Below, one piece after another: positions 11,535 through 24,391 of a DNA stretch of 64,000 bases. Numbering within the stretch: the stretch's first letter is position 1; each line of letters starts with the position of its first letter. Origin of the DNA: Octopus sinensis (taxonomy: Eukaryota). The stretch covers positions 26,536,001 through 26,600,000 of the forward strand of contig NC_043001.1 of NCBI RefSeq assembly GCF_006345805.1. Reading direction: 5' to 3'. The notes under the pieces were generated by a model, which was not told where the DNA came from, ran no database searches, and saw only the letters and a list, made by a program, of their open reading frames with translations. The position numbers and the translations under genes are program-made.

Positions 11535-11832
11535 CTAGCAGTATCGCCCGGCGTTGCTCGGGTTTGTAAGGGAAATAACTATATAAGCATTTTTAGAGAG
11601 TTATAGCCAAAAAATAGCAAAAAAATGCATTAAAAATGGAAAAAAATTATGGTAAATTTTTTTTAAATCGTTGACTCATCATAGATGCGCGCTAATACCC
11701 AGAAGGGCTCAATATGAATCACGACTATAAGATACCCGCTTTTGGTTAAACTGCACCACAAAATGTGGGAGTAGTTAGGAATCTAAATCGTAGGAGACAG
11801 ACACACAACTTCACTTTTATATATAAATAAGA
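11535..11832 (-). mobile_element. Non-autonomous Helitron (shorter variant)
   Basis: Reverse copy of 8279-8791 with TC/CTAG termini between A and T; lacks about 230 bp of interior. Confidence 0.75.
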
Positions 11833-12199
11833 TATCATAAACAAAGCTGGTAGATGAACAAAAGTCTCACTTTTATGAAGCCTTCCCACAGGTTGCCTTG
11901 GTAACATATATTGATAACCTTATCATTTCAGCTAGTTATTTTAATGTACATGTTGGGCAACATCATATCTTCTCTGGTGTATATGAAAAGATATGGGTAT
12001 TGTATGAGGAATGAGAAGGGATCAAGACTCCCGGAATTCTGTGATACAAATGACCTAATCATTTATAACATGAGCTTCAACCTGATCATCTGCTGATCAG
12101 ATGAATGCACATACCAGATAGACTTTATCCTCACCAAAAAATCAGACAAGTGGTTGTAGTTTTGAAGTTTTTTTTTTTGGTAAAGAATGTATCACTTAA

Positions 12200-12416
12200 C
12201 CCTTTCATTACTGTATTTATTTTGAGATGCTCTGTGTTTCTTTCAATAACTTTAAGTATAACAAAGAATTTAGTAAAATAACTCAGTTATCATTAAGCTA
12301 GTGTTAGGAACATAAATTGTGACTAAGGTTTGGTGGAAGGTTTTAATTCAAACCTTATGAAAACAAGACATTTGTACCCAGAGCCAGAGGCGGTTTCAGC
12401 TGGGTTGGTAATGAAA
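12200..12416. mobile_element. piggyBac-like MITE family A, one end damaged
   Basis: TTAA|CCCTTTCATTACT start; reverse-oriented match to 2068-2287; right end lacks GGGTTAA. Confidence 0.75.
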
Positions 12417-13951
12417 CATTGATTAGTGATTAGTGTCTTCCGAGTGAAAGTAAGATGGCCTCAAAGACAAATGAGTTTGGAGAAAGAAAACATAGAAGTT
12501 GATATAGTGCTCAGCCACTTGTAGATTCAGAGAAGTTTTAGCTGACACTTATGACGAGTGGGAGGTGGAGAGACTAACTTATAGCATAATGGAAAACTGA
12601 CAGTTTCTGTGAAACAATTTCTTGTCAGCTACAAATGAGATCTGTGGTGAGTGCAAGGTCATAGTCAGATGGAAGGTAACTTAGGTGGAAGGCAGAATAA
12701 CACTGTAGATAGAGCTATAAAAGCTTAGAGATAGGATTGGAAAAAAATGGAAGAAAGGGAGCTGCAGAGAGCAATACTAAGTAGCCACAGGAGAAGAGAA
12801 GGTAACGCATTTGTATATGTAGCTTGGGAAGAAACAGAAGGTAAAATGTTTGCACAAAGTTTGCAAAGAGAAGATCAGAGGTATGATGAGTTTCCAGATT
12901 GCAAGATGGTGTACATCTGAAAATTGAGATATCATTGGGGAGAAGCATATTTGGAATGATATTGAACCAAATGAAATTGAACCAAATTCGATGACTGGCA
13001 CCCGTGCCAGTGGAGCGCTAACAGCTCCATCCAAGTGGGATCACTGCCAGAGCAGCTGTCTGGCTTCTGTGCCGGTGGGCATGTAAAAAGCACCATTCGA
13101 GTGTGATTGTTACCAGTGTCGCTTTACTGGCACTTGTGCCAGTGGCACGTGAACAAAACATTCAAGTGAAGTCGTTGTTAGTGCCACTGGACTGACTCCT
13201 GTGCAGGTGGCACGTAAAAAACACCATCTTGAGCGTGGCCATTGCCAGTACTGCCAGGCTGGCCCTCATGCCGGTGCCACGTAAAAGCACCCACTACACT
13301 CTCGGAGTGGTTGGCATTAAGAAGGGCATCCAGCTGTAGAAACTCTGCCAGATCAAGATTGGAGCCTGGTGCAGCCATCTGGTTCACCAGTCCTCAGTCA
13401 AATCGTTCAACCCATGCTAGCATGGAAAGCGGATGTTAAACGATGATGATGATGATTGGTTCATTGGCTCTTACCAATGCTGAAAAGTAAAAGGCAAGGA
13501 AGTGCTTTAGTAAGACGTTGTTGAATGAGCAAAATGCTATGGAGAGAGATAGCTATTCGAAGTAAACCTAACAGAGGGACCAGCCATTGAAGTTGACTAG
13601 AGCATGGTAGATAGAATGATTAAGGATATGAAGGCCGGGGATGCAGCTGAATCATTATGTACTGTAGATGAGATGCTAAAAATATCTGGCAACATAAGCC
13701 ACTTGCATAGTCAGTCAGTACAGGAAAGTGTCACAGCCAACAACTGGCTTAGAAGTATCATTCTTAACTGCTACAAGAGCAAAGAAGAGACAGGAAACTA
13801 CAGAGGTATGAGATTGATGGACCTGGTTCTGTAATTTACTAAAAGAGTTACAGTGCAACTGGGTAAGAGCAGAATTAACCTAAAACTATTAATATTAATG
13901 CTTTTTATATTGTTTTAAAATATGCTTATCAGAAAATATATATATTTCTAG

Positions 13952-14081
13952 GTTATAACCATCAGTTCTTCAACTAAAAGAATTCCAGAACGGAGACTAT
14001 CTAAAGCACAGAACATATTGGTTTTCGAAGTAAAGATCCGGCCTTTAGGCTTTGCAACTTATTTTGTGCAAACGACTAAAA
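13952..14081 (+). CDS. MAN2B1: alpha-mannosidase exon: VITISSSTKRIPERR...LVFEVKIRPLGFATYFVQTTK
   Basis: tag|GTT...A|gtaag; PLGF-x-TY motif. Confidence 0.92.
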
Positions 14082-14504
14082 GTAAGTTGGATACAAACTC
14101 TACTTTTTTTGTAATGAAAATGATTATCTCTTTTATTGTTGGTAAGAAAGTGTTTGAACCAGTTCCTCATTCCTCAGTGGAGTTGGATAAGATTATAAGA
14201 GTGCTTAACTAAATTCATTTCAGCATTTAGTTTTGGATTTCTATAGGTGTGAGCATGACGATGAGGTGAAGAAGACTGGTTTCTAATCTCACATGGTCTC
14301 AGGTTCTCTTCACTTTTGGCACATAGGCAAGCACATTCTCCATAGCATCAGACTGACCAATGCTTTGAAAGTGAATTTGTTAGATAGAAACTGTACATAT
14401 TCTGTCATTTCTCTGTCTGTCTGTCTCTCTCTTTTACGTGCCACTGGCACGGGTATCTTAACCTACAATTTCCATTTGATTTTTATTTTGATGTTGGTGT
14501 TAAC

Positions 14505-14642
14505 GTACTTGACTCAATAGGTCTCCTCAAGAACAGCGGGTCATGAACTCATGAAGTGAGTTCATAGCTCGCAGGACGGTTGCTGTGCTAACCTTGGATC
14601 ATAGAGTGACCCACTGTTCTTGAGACCTATTGAGTCAAGTAC
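14505..14642. repeat. Short foldback palindrome adjoining an RTE 3'-UTR fragment
   Basis: About 38-bp inverted arms GTACTTGACTCAATAGGTCTC...; nested 9-bp hairpin ATGAACTCA/TGAGTTCAT. Confidence 0.75.
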
Positions 14643-14716
<74 letters not shown>

Positions 14717-14919
14717 TTGAAGTGTATAGTATTATATATTCATTATGGCTGATCTTACCAATCAGTTTCACGTTAGGGATTCAACAAAGTGTTAGGTAAC
14801 AGTCCGATTATGAAACCTTGCACTTTTCAGAGATAGCTGTTACACGTTAAATGTTAATATATATCATCATTGTATGTGTATGTGTGTATGTATATATATA
14901 CACACACACACACATATAT

Positions 14920-15303
14920 ATTGTTGTGTCACTCTGTTGGTTATGATGATGTGGGTTCCAGTTGATCCGATCAACAGAACAACCTGGTCGTGAAATTAAC
15001 ATACAATTGGCTGAACACTCCACAGACACATGTACCCTTAATATAGTTTTCAAGGAGATTCAGTGTGACATAGCGTGCCAAGGCTGGCCCTTTGAAATAC
15101 AGGTACAACAGAAACAGGGAGAAAGAGTGAGAGAAAGTTGTGATGAAAGAGTACAGCAGGGTTCACCACCTACCCCTGCTGGAGTCTCATGGAGCTTTAG
15201 GTGTTTTCGCTCAATAAACACTCACAACCCTGGTCTGGGAATTGAAACCACAATCCTACGACCATGGGACTGCTGCCTTAACCACTGGGCCTTTGCACCT
15301 CCA
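14920..15303 (-). mobile_element. tRNA-derived SINE family C
   Basis: Head GGCCCAGTGGTTAAGG...GGTTTCAATTCCC (A/B-box-like). Confidence 0.7.
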
Positions 15304-15750
15304 CACACACACGTGTGTGTGTGTGTGACTGGAAATGTAACTTTTATTCTATGGCAGTCACATTACACTGTTTCATATGTGCTGGATTTTCCTGTTTTAT
15401 TTAATCTCTTAATGATTATGAATCAGTTTGTATGTGGGCACTCGACCTGCTGGAAATAACAGCTATATCTCCTTTATATCACACACCATTCTGTGAAAAA
15501 TGGAAAAGGCATATTAGATAATTTGATAGTGTATCTACACTCTGTTGGGGGAAAAAAAATGAATACTCAGTGATTGATTATGGCTGAATATCTTTGATCA
15601 GTCAACCTGGAGCTTAACACAACAAAAACTTAATTGTTTCAGAAAATATTTTTTCTTTACTTTTATTTTTGTAAATTATAATGAAATAAGACACATTAGA
15701 TACAAGAAATGAATTGATTATTAAATGTTTTATCTTTTATATTTTTATAG

Positions 15751-15827
15751 GTGATGATGCCATTCAGAGGACATTATCACAAGTAATTCCTGTAGATCTG
15801 GGTACAGACTTTGAGATCAAAAATGAT
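15751..15827 (+). CDS. MAN2B1: alpha-mannosidase exon: (S)DDAIQRTLSQVIPVDLGTDFEIKND
   Basis: tag|GT...GAT|gtaaat; phase 1 to 0 bridges its neighbours; ends in I-x-N-D like the human TIENE region. Confidence 0.82.
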
Positions 15828-17133
15828 GTAAATATATTCTAATTTTCTTTTTGTGCCTCTCATGAAATTTCCTTAATTATAATTAGTAACCTAACTAGAT
15901 ATCTAATTCTTGAACAAATCTGAAATGCTCTATAGAATTTATATTTTTATAAAGATATATGAACAAGAACTAGGGTCTCCTATATTGGAAAATATAGGAT
16001 GATGATGCCCTTGAATAGTAAGACAATTATTTGAGATTATACACTGTCTGATTTAACAAAATCACATAGACTGATAATTAACTGTGTTTACTTAATAACC
16101 ATTTAGTCTATGATCATCACTGAAAGCAATGCATGAATGCCTCTGTTACCCTGTTTTTGTGGTAGATTGAATCTGTCATCACCATCAGGTACTTAGGTGT
16201 TTTAAGAGAGGTCCAATCTGTTGCAAACATTTGAATGTCTTGAATCAACAGATAACAGATTCACTCATGTAAAGTGTGAATCATGTTTTTTGTTGTTGTC
16301 TTTCTCTTCCTTCTTTCACCAGTCACAGAGGCCTTATAAACAACCATCTGCATTGTCTTACTTTCTATAGCTAAGCTATGTGAAAAATATTTAAAAATTG
16401 TGGACAAATAATTTTAACCCTTTAGCATTTAGACTGGCCATATCCAGCCCAAATATTCTACCTATTTTATGTTCAGACTGACCATATGTGGCCTCACACA
16501 TCCAGCTGACCATTTCATTACAGAAGTAAACAATCACATCACAGTTTTGGGGGACACAAATACTTAGTGGTCCTTTTAGTCTGGCTCTCTACCATTTATG
16601 TTGTTACCTTTTACTGACCAGTTTAATGAGACAAAAACCTTTAGGTTGGTAGTTAATTATTTATTAACTGTTGATTTTATAATTATTGTGGTTCCAGCAC
16701 TAATACCAGCTTAATGACTGGCACAAATAAGACCTCCATATGCTGCAATATGAAAAGGTTTTGAAAGAGTAAGCACACTGCTTCATCAGTTGTGCAGGGT
16801 AACAAAAAATGTGCTCAGATCTTAGGTAGAGAGGTGTGTTTGAAAAATATATTGCAGTCTTCACCCAAAAAGCCTGCAACTTGTTCTGGGAGATGCTGGG
16901 TGGGAGTACAAAAGATGCACCTCTCAGGACTCCAAAATGGATCCAGAGGGAACAACAATTAGTGATCGAAAATTTTTCTGCTGTTAGGACCCAATGAAGG
17001 AATAGCAGGTGAAGATGGATGGATAGATTTTATAATTGTTATTTTTATAATATGATTATCTTTGTTGTTGCTTTGTTATTTTAAAACTATTCACATTTGA
17101 AGATTTTTTTCCTCCAAATTTTTCTCTTAACAG

Positions 17134-17361
17134 AAAATCGCAATTAGTTTCAATGGAAAAACTGGTCGCATGCAAGGAATTTCCAACCTTGAAAGTAAGA
17201 TATCAGCATCTGTGGTACAAGATTATTATTATTATATTGGTCATCCTGGTAACAACTCCGACACTGATACTCAAGCGTCCAACAATTATATTTTCAGACC
17301 TTTAAACAACACACCATCTAGTGTAAATTACTTAATGCCTGTGAAGAGTCACATAGTAAAA
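17134..17361 (+). CDS. MAN2B1: alpha-mannosidase exon: KIAISFNGKTG...TQASNNYIFRP...SHIVK
   Basis: cag|AAA...AAA|gtaag; 228 nt open; QAS-x-x-YIFRP motif. Confidence 0.92.
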
Positions 17362-17760
17362 GTAAGTTACATTTCAATAAATTCCTTAGATGGATTCTTA
17401 TGCATGAGACATTTATATAAACACAGAGTGCTTGGAGAGTACAGATGTAGGTATGAGATGTTTTGGCAGAGCCGTTTTGACATCACCTATTTGGTGTTGT
17501 TGATTTGATATAGTCCTGAGATTAGATCGGGTACTGGGGCAAGTTATTAACTAGTTATCCCAAAATATATTTATCTATGCTGACGTTACCCCATGGATTT
17601 GAAAGGAAGAAAATCATAGATTCTTTGAATTTAAAAGGTTTATTGAATCTATTTATATGGAGAATACAGTTATAAATATCAAAAGTATAAAACAAATGCA
17701 ATAAAATAAATTAATATCCTCATTATGAAACAAAAGGATTTTTCTAGAAACTTTTTCAGT

Positions 17761-17950
17761 TCATGTTTTGGAGAAATGATATTGTTTCATTTTTGTTACA
17801 ATTACATCAAAGTTGGGGCATTTTGATGTCAGAACAATTTGGATACAGTCTTCGGGATTTGCTTTGTTTTTATGTTCGTTCAAGGAAAATCCTTGTTTGC
17901 AAAGGTAGGTTGTTGCAAAAGGCAGCAACTTTTTGACTGCCTCCTCATGC
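17761..17950 (-). mobile_element. hAT (Buster/Charlie) transposase C-terminal remnant
   Basis: KLLPFATTYLCKQGFS...PEDCIQIVLT matches the hAT dimerisation-domain motif LLPF-x-TTYLCE-x-GFS. Confidence 0.75.
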
Positions 17951-18923
17951 CAGAAGAAAAATTTCTGTCGTAACAAGGAACATGTTTTTTATATAATTTT
18001 ACTTATGTCTAATAAGTCCTCATTACCCCCCAAGAATTTCATTTTTACCCGGTTTGCTGATCCCTGCATTAGATCATCATCACGATCATCATCATCGTTT
18101 AGCGTCTGCTTTCCATGCTAGCATGGGTTGGACGGTTCAACTGGGGTCTGGGAAGTCAGAAGGCTGCATCAGGCCCTGTCTGACCTGGCAATGTTTCTAC
18201 GGCTGGATGCCCTTCCTAACGCCAACCACTCCATGAGTGTAGTGGGTGCTTTTTATGTGCCAGACGAGGCTGGCAAACGGCCACGATTGGATGGTGCTTT
18301 TTACGTGCCACCGGCATGGAGGCCAGGCGAGGCTGGCAACAGTTACAATTGGATGGTGCTTTTTACGTGCCACCGGCACAGAGGCCAGGCGAGGCGGCGC
18401 TGGCAACGGCCATGTTCGGATGGCTCTCTTACGTGCCACCGGCACTGGTATCACAGCTACAATTTCCATTGATGTTGATCGATTTTGATTTTGATGTTTT
18501 AATGTTTTTCTTGTTCTCTCTCTCTCTGTCTATCTGTGAGAGGGAAAGTGTTTATGTCAGTTGTGTTAAATTAATAAATTTTTTACTTTTATTTTGGATA
18601 TGATATACCTTTATTTGAATAAGAAAAGAGAAACTGATTAAATTTTAAAAAAAATTAAAGTATTGAAAAAGTGAGTTGATCTTTCACTTTAGAAAAATAT
18701 AAGTGAAATAAGAAATCAACCGGTGAAACAGCTACCCCCAAATCCCTTCAACAAGGAAACAAAGACAAAGAAAAAGAGAATTAAACAATGAAAACAAAGG
18801 TGGGTGGGGAAGGAGTAAGAGGCTGTACATCCCAGTCTGAACAGTGTGCTCAGCCATACTCTTAAACATAATAGCAAAAGTATTGCCACAGAGAATAGCT
18901 AGTGACACTTGTATGTGTTTACT

Positions 18924-19151
18924 TATTTCTTTACTACCCACAAGGGGCTAAACATAGAGAGGACAAACAAGAACAGACAAACGTATTAAGTCGATTATAT
19001 CGACCCCAGTGCATAACTGGTACTTATTTAATTGACTCCGAAAGAATGAAAGGCAAAGTCGACCTCGGAATTTGAACTCAGAATGTAACGGCAGACGAAA
19101 TACCGCTAAGCATTTCGCCTGGTGTGCTAACGTTTCTGCCAGCTTGCCGCC
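18924..19151 (-). mobile_element. tRNA-derived SINE family B (Nin/Deu-like central domain)
   Basis: B box GAGTTCAAATTCC; central GCCTTTCATCCTTTCGGGGTCGATAAA-x-TAAGTACCAG; copies at 27205-27613 and 52984-53207. Confidence 0.8.
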
Positions 19152-20862
19152 TTTTATATACGCCGCCGTATATGTGTATGTGTTTACCTCCAACACCAAA
19201 ACAAGCCCAATATGTCAGATTATTGGTATCCAAACAACTATTGTCTCATTCCATGCACGACAGCTGAGCCATTAGGGTATCTGGCAACAAGTTGAGAGAT
19301 CAGTGGTTTATTTCTGTTCATGAGCACTTGTTTCTTTCCAATGGTTTCCATTTACTTTGTTGCACATAAGACATAGGTACCACAAGGTAGGAGCGCCAAG
19401 TCAGTGATGGTGCCTCTACGTGGTCTCTCGACTTGCTAGAAACAGCAGTCAAAAGCAGCAACAACACAGTAAAAACTATAAATGTGTCATTACCTGGCTG
19501 TGTTGAGAAAACAAGTTGAAGAGGAGTGGGTTCTGCTCTGTTAAGACTTGTTGTTGCCCATAATTTAATTATTATTGAGAACCCTGAGAGAAAAGTTGGG
19601 CATAAGAAGCCTCAAGTGTGGTGTGCAAGAGAGACGACTGCACTGGTATGGCCATGTGTTATGTATGAATGAGGACAGCTGTGTGAGGAAGTGCCACCCC
19701 CTAACTGTGGAATGAACCTGTGGAAGAGATAGACCTACGAAGACATGAGATGAGGTGGTGAAGCATCACCTTCAAACACAGGCTTTAAAGAAAAAAGGCA
19801 CTGGTGTTGATTCATTCAACTAAAATCCTTCAAGGTGGTGCCCCAGTATGGCCACAGTCTAATGACTGAAACAAGTAAAAGATAAAAGATATTCATTTCA
19901 TAAGTTTTGCAAATTTAGTGGAAATAACTTTCGATATGTTTTGAATTTTCTTCTTTCCGAAAATGGCTTCATCAATAATATTTTCATATGTTACAGGTCA
20001 AAAACATCACATCATTGGTTATTGTCTATTTTCCATGATGACATGGGTTGGGTGGTTCGACAGGATCCAATGAGCTTCAGAGCATCACGCTGCACTGTCA
20101 GCTTTGGCATGGTTTCTATGACTGGATGCCCTTCAGAGTATCATCTACTTTGCTGTGTGTACTGGAAATGCTTTTTGAGTGATACCAGCACAAGCAAGGT
20201 CACTGAGTAACTTACAAAACAAAGAAAAAGAAAATAAAGGAAAAATAAAGGAAAAACAATATATTTGAGAGAGGGGCAGGTGGCTTTATGTCAGGTGTTG
20301 AAGAAGGTATTCATGTACATGATTTTGTGAGAAATGTGTCTGTTTTGCTTTACAAGGTCAAACTCTATAGAAAAGAAGGCTTGGGAGAATTAACAAGATA
20401 TTCTTATGCTAATATTGTTTTATTTTTAAATAATAGTCTTTCCTTTATCGTATTCTTTCATTCTTATACTTGTTTCATTCTGGGTTTAGTCAATCAAATT
20501 GATGCCTGTACTTATATTAAGTCTGGTACTTATTCTGTTAGTCTTTTTTTTTTGCTGAATAGCTAAGTCATAGGGGCGTTAATAAATTAATACCAGTTGC
20601 TAGGCAGTAAGAGACACAAAGACATGCATGAATGCAAATACACTGACACTCTCTCTCTTTCACATGCATGTGTGCACATGCACACACACACACACATTCA
20701 CACTCACTCATTCACTTGTGAATGATAATAATTCATGAGGTGCATGTAGAACAATGAAAGTCCAAACAATAATGTATCTAATATATTCTGGCAGAATGTG
20801 AATATCTGATTGCTGTTGTTTTTCATCATCAGCAAACACCTTCTCTCTTTAAAATAATAAAA

Positions 20863-21235
20863 TAATAATAATGAAATTATTGTATACAGTGCTCCAGTGC
20901 ACCACAACTTGTCAAAAGTGTGTATAAAGCATATGCAGTAATGTACAAATGTCTGGGAAGTGAACAGTGTATGAGTCAGATACATGCTTGTGTGTGTATT
21001 GGAAAGGAGAAAATCAAGTGTAGTGTTGGCGAATCTCAGGAAGCATGGAAGTTTTGAAGGATGCAGTGCTCTGACAACTAACAAATGATGCTGGCAGTCT
21101 ATTCCATACTTCATCAACTCTTAGCGTGAAAAAAATTGTTTCTGAAAGTCATGGGAGCTGTGCTGTTTTCTGACTTTGTAAACATGTCCACGGGTGTTAG
21201 ACAGGTGGAGTTTGAAAAGGTGCTCAAAGTTATGG
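20863..21235 (-). mobile_element. CR1-clade LINE 3' end
   Basis: Closely matches 9846-10215, with the same 5' truncation region. Confidence 0.85.
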
Positions 21236-21368
21236 TTAGATCGGTGATTGTCAATTTTTGCTTATCGACTCCTTTGATTTCTGAGAAATCAAGGTAAAGT
21301 TATTGTTAGATTATATTAATTGAAAGTTATGATGATTTAATTCTCCCAGAACGATTTTCTTTTTACAG

Positions 21369-21487
21369 GGACCACTTGTTCAAGAAGTTCATCAAGTATT
21401 CTGCCCTTGGATTACTCAAGTTATACGACTATATAAAGGTTCCAATTTTGCCGAAGTTGAATGGACTGCTGGATCAATCCCCATTAA
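21369..21487 (+). CDS. MAN2B1: alpha-mannosidase exon: GPLVQEVHQVFCPWITQVIRLY...EVEWTAGSIPI
   Basis: cag|GGA...AA|gtgag; LVQEVHQ and QV-x-RLY motifs. Confidence 0.95.
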
Positions 21488-21638
21488 GTGAGGAATTCTA
21501 TTTATAAAATAGGGATTTTTTTCATATTCATTTCCTAACTTTTGCTAATTTAGAAGAAATAACAACATTAAAAATATTTCGTTTTTGGATTTAGTTTGCA
21601 AGATTCTTTATATATGTGAGTTCGTGTGTTGAAGCATA

Positions 21639-21850
21639 TTCTGTTGTGTCTGGGGAGAGTAATTTTCTTGTTGTGCCTTATAATGTAACACACTCACCGG
21701 TAAAATTTCCACTTATTTCTACTGAAAAGGTTGCAAGACGCAATGAAAATTTTAGGAAAATAAAAATAAGAAATAAGTGGAAATTTTACCGGTGAGTGTG
21801 TTACATTATAAGGCACAAAAAGAAAATGACTCTCCCCAGACACCACAGAA
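21639..21850. mobile_element. Foldback element (82-bp arms) with a hammerhead-like loop
   Basis: Arms 21639-21720 and 21769-21850 are near-perfect inverted repeats; the spacer holds CTGAAAA-G-GTTGC/GCAAT-GAAA-ATTT. Confidence 0.65.
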
Positions 21851-23429
21851 CATTAAAAATGTTTTGAATTTTTTATTTTTCTGAAATAATAATCATAATA
21901 ATCATTATTAGTTAGTGTCTGTTTTCCATACTGTCATGGACTGGACAGTTTGACATGATTAAATAGGCCAGAGGCCTGTGTTGTGATCTAAATATAAAGA
22001 AGAGGAAAGATCTGAGGGTAGAGTCCTAGTGTGCTTTTACTTGTCCTAATTCTGGACTGAACTTTTATGTCCTACCATTTCTATGCATAGTTTGAACTAC
22101 TCCCATGAGCCATTTATTTCATATGTGCTACTTTGATTAAAAAAGAAAAATGCCAGTAAATTGAAAGAAACAAAAAAATGTAGACATCATCATCATCATT
22201 TAATATCTGTTGTCCATGTTGGCATGGGTTGGACGGATTGACCAGGGCTGGTAATGTGAGGGTCTGCACCAGACTCCAGTCTGATTTGGTATGGTTTCTA
22301 GGGTTGGATGCCCTTCCTAATGCCAACCAATCTGAGAGTGTAATGGGTGCTTTTACATGCTACTGGCACAGGTGCCAGCTGCATGCCACCGGCAAGGGTG
22401 CCAATTGCATGACACCAGTATCCGCCATGACAACAATTTCACTTGGCTTGATGGGTTTTCTTCTCAGGCATGGTACATTGCCAAAGGTCTCAGTCATTTG
22501 TCATTGCTTCAATGAGGCTCAACACCTGAAAGATGCTTTTTATGTGCCTCTGGCATTGGCCATATTGCCTCCAGAGACCCAACACTCAAAAGGTGCTTTT
22601 TACATGCCACCAGTATTGGCCACATTGTCTTCAAGAGACCCAACATTTCAAAGGTGCTTTTTACATGCCACTGGCATTGGCCACATCGCCTCTAGGTGGC
22701 CCAATGCTTGAAATGTGCTTTTTATGTGTCACTGGCTCGGGAGCCAGTTACATGACACCAGTGTCATCCACAACTCCGATTTCACTTGGCTTGATGAGTC
22801 ATCTCAAGCACAGCAAGAAGAGAGAAATGTGGCTATAAGAAAGAAATTAGGCTAAACAAAGTTAGTCAATAACAACTGTTATACTGAAACACGGTTGGTC
22901 AATAAAGTCTTTTATAAGAAAAATTACTAATATTCATCTCTACATCATCATCATTGGTGTCAACATTTATGCATCCTTTCTATGTTGGCATAGATTGGAT
23001 GAGTCTTTTCTACTCTTTTAGATGTATTGGGGAACAATATCTCACTAATAAGTTTAATTTTTGGCTTGATTTGTATTGTTTTCTTATTGCCAACCACTTT
23101 ACAGAGTGTACTGAGGGCATTTATTTTTGTGGACTAGCACTACAGAACCTGTTAAAACTAAAGTATCCTCCAAACCCTACTCTTAGCAGAGTGATCCCAT
23201 TATTTAATAACTTTAACTGTTGTCATATTAATGAAAATACATTGTGAAAGGCAAATTTAATGTGGTATTAAATCATCATCATCATTTAATGTCCGTTTCC
23301 CATGCTGGCATGGGTTGGATGGCTTGACAGGAACTAGCAAGCCAGGGCCCATACCAGGTTCCAGTCTATTTTGGCTTGGTTTTTACAGTTGGATGCTCTT
23401 CTAAAGCCAACCACTTTACAAAGTCTACT

Positions 23430-24000
23430 GGTGCATTTTATGTGACACCATCATCAGTGCTGTTTATGTGGAACCATTACCAGTGCTGTTTATGTGGCAC
23501 CAGCACCAGTATTTTTTACCAGCAGCAGAACTTTTTATGTGTCACCAGTACCAGTGCTTTTTATGTGGAATCAGCACCAGTGCTTTTGTGCATGGCACCA
23601 GCACTTTTTATGTGGAATCAGCACTTTCTATGTAGCACCAGCACCAGTACTTTTTATGTGACAGCAGTGCTTTTTACATGGCACCTGCACCTCTGCTTTT
23701 TATGTGACCCTGTCACCAGTGCTTTTTATGTGACACCAGAACCAGTGCTTTTTATGTAACAGCAGCACCTCTACTTTTTACATGGCCCCATCACCAGTGC
23801 TTTTTATGTGGCACCAGCATCAGTGCTTTTTACATGGCACCAGCACCTGTGCTTTTTACATGGCCCCAGCACCAGTGCTTTTTATGTGGCACCAGCATCA
23901 GTGCTTTTTACATGGTGCCAGTACCTCTACTTTTTACATGGCCCCATCACCAGTGCTTTTTATGTGGCACCAGCACCTATGCTTTTTGTGTGGAACCAGC
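23430..24000. repeat. About 21-bp minisatellite grown out of an RTE 3'-UTR copy
   Basis: Tandem CACCAG...TGCTTTTTAYRTGG units directly continuing the RTE tail that starts at about 23272. Confidence 0.85.
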
Positions 24001-24289
24001 CTCTCATGGACGATTTTCCTCAGCCTCCAATAAATTATGTTTTTAAACATAGCAATTCTGTAAGATATATTATTTCAGGATGAATACACCACAGTTAATT
24101 TGCGTTTCATGATGTCTTTACATTGTCTGATAGATAGATAACTGTCATCTTCTAATACGGCTTCCGTTGTATGTAACAGATTTTAACAGTTGTATTTTGG
24201 TGATGGCTTTTAAATTTGATTTTATTTTCTGTTACATTTACCATTTATTTACTCTATCACCACCTAATTCTTATAACATTTGTTTACAG

Positions 24290-24391
24290 TGACGATAAAG
24301 GAAAAGAAATAGTTGTTTCGTATCAAACTAATCTTAAGACAAACAACATGTTCTACACTGATGCAAATGGAAGACAAATTATGGAGAGAAA
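24290..24391 (+). CDS. MAN2B1: alpha-mannosidase exon: DDKGKEIVV...FYTDANGRQIMER
   Basis: cag|T...AA|gtgag; FYTD-x-NGR motif. Confidence 0.95.

Larger units (their letters stand above)
11350..13880 (+). mobile_element. Cluster of RTE LINE coding remnants and one 3'-UTR copy, interrupted by a Helitron and a MITE
   Basis: APE-like fragments about 11350-11530 and 11850-12170; further RTE remnant about 12430-12960; UTR with (GAT)n tail 12965-13456; RT-like NYRGMRLMD about 13500-13880. Confidence 0.65.

Noticed and set aside
14247-14290. Possible extra MAN2B1 exon (tag|GTGTGAGCATGACG...)
   Set aside because: Not needed: 14081 joins 15751 in phase. No convincing donor or homology; the region resembles a decayed SINE head.
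23376-24083. ORFs with WHQH and APAP repeats
   Set aside because: Reading frames through a LINE-derived minisatellite; no splice or codon evidence.
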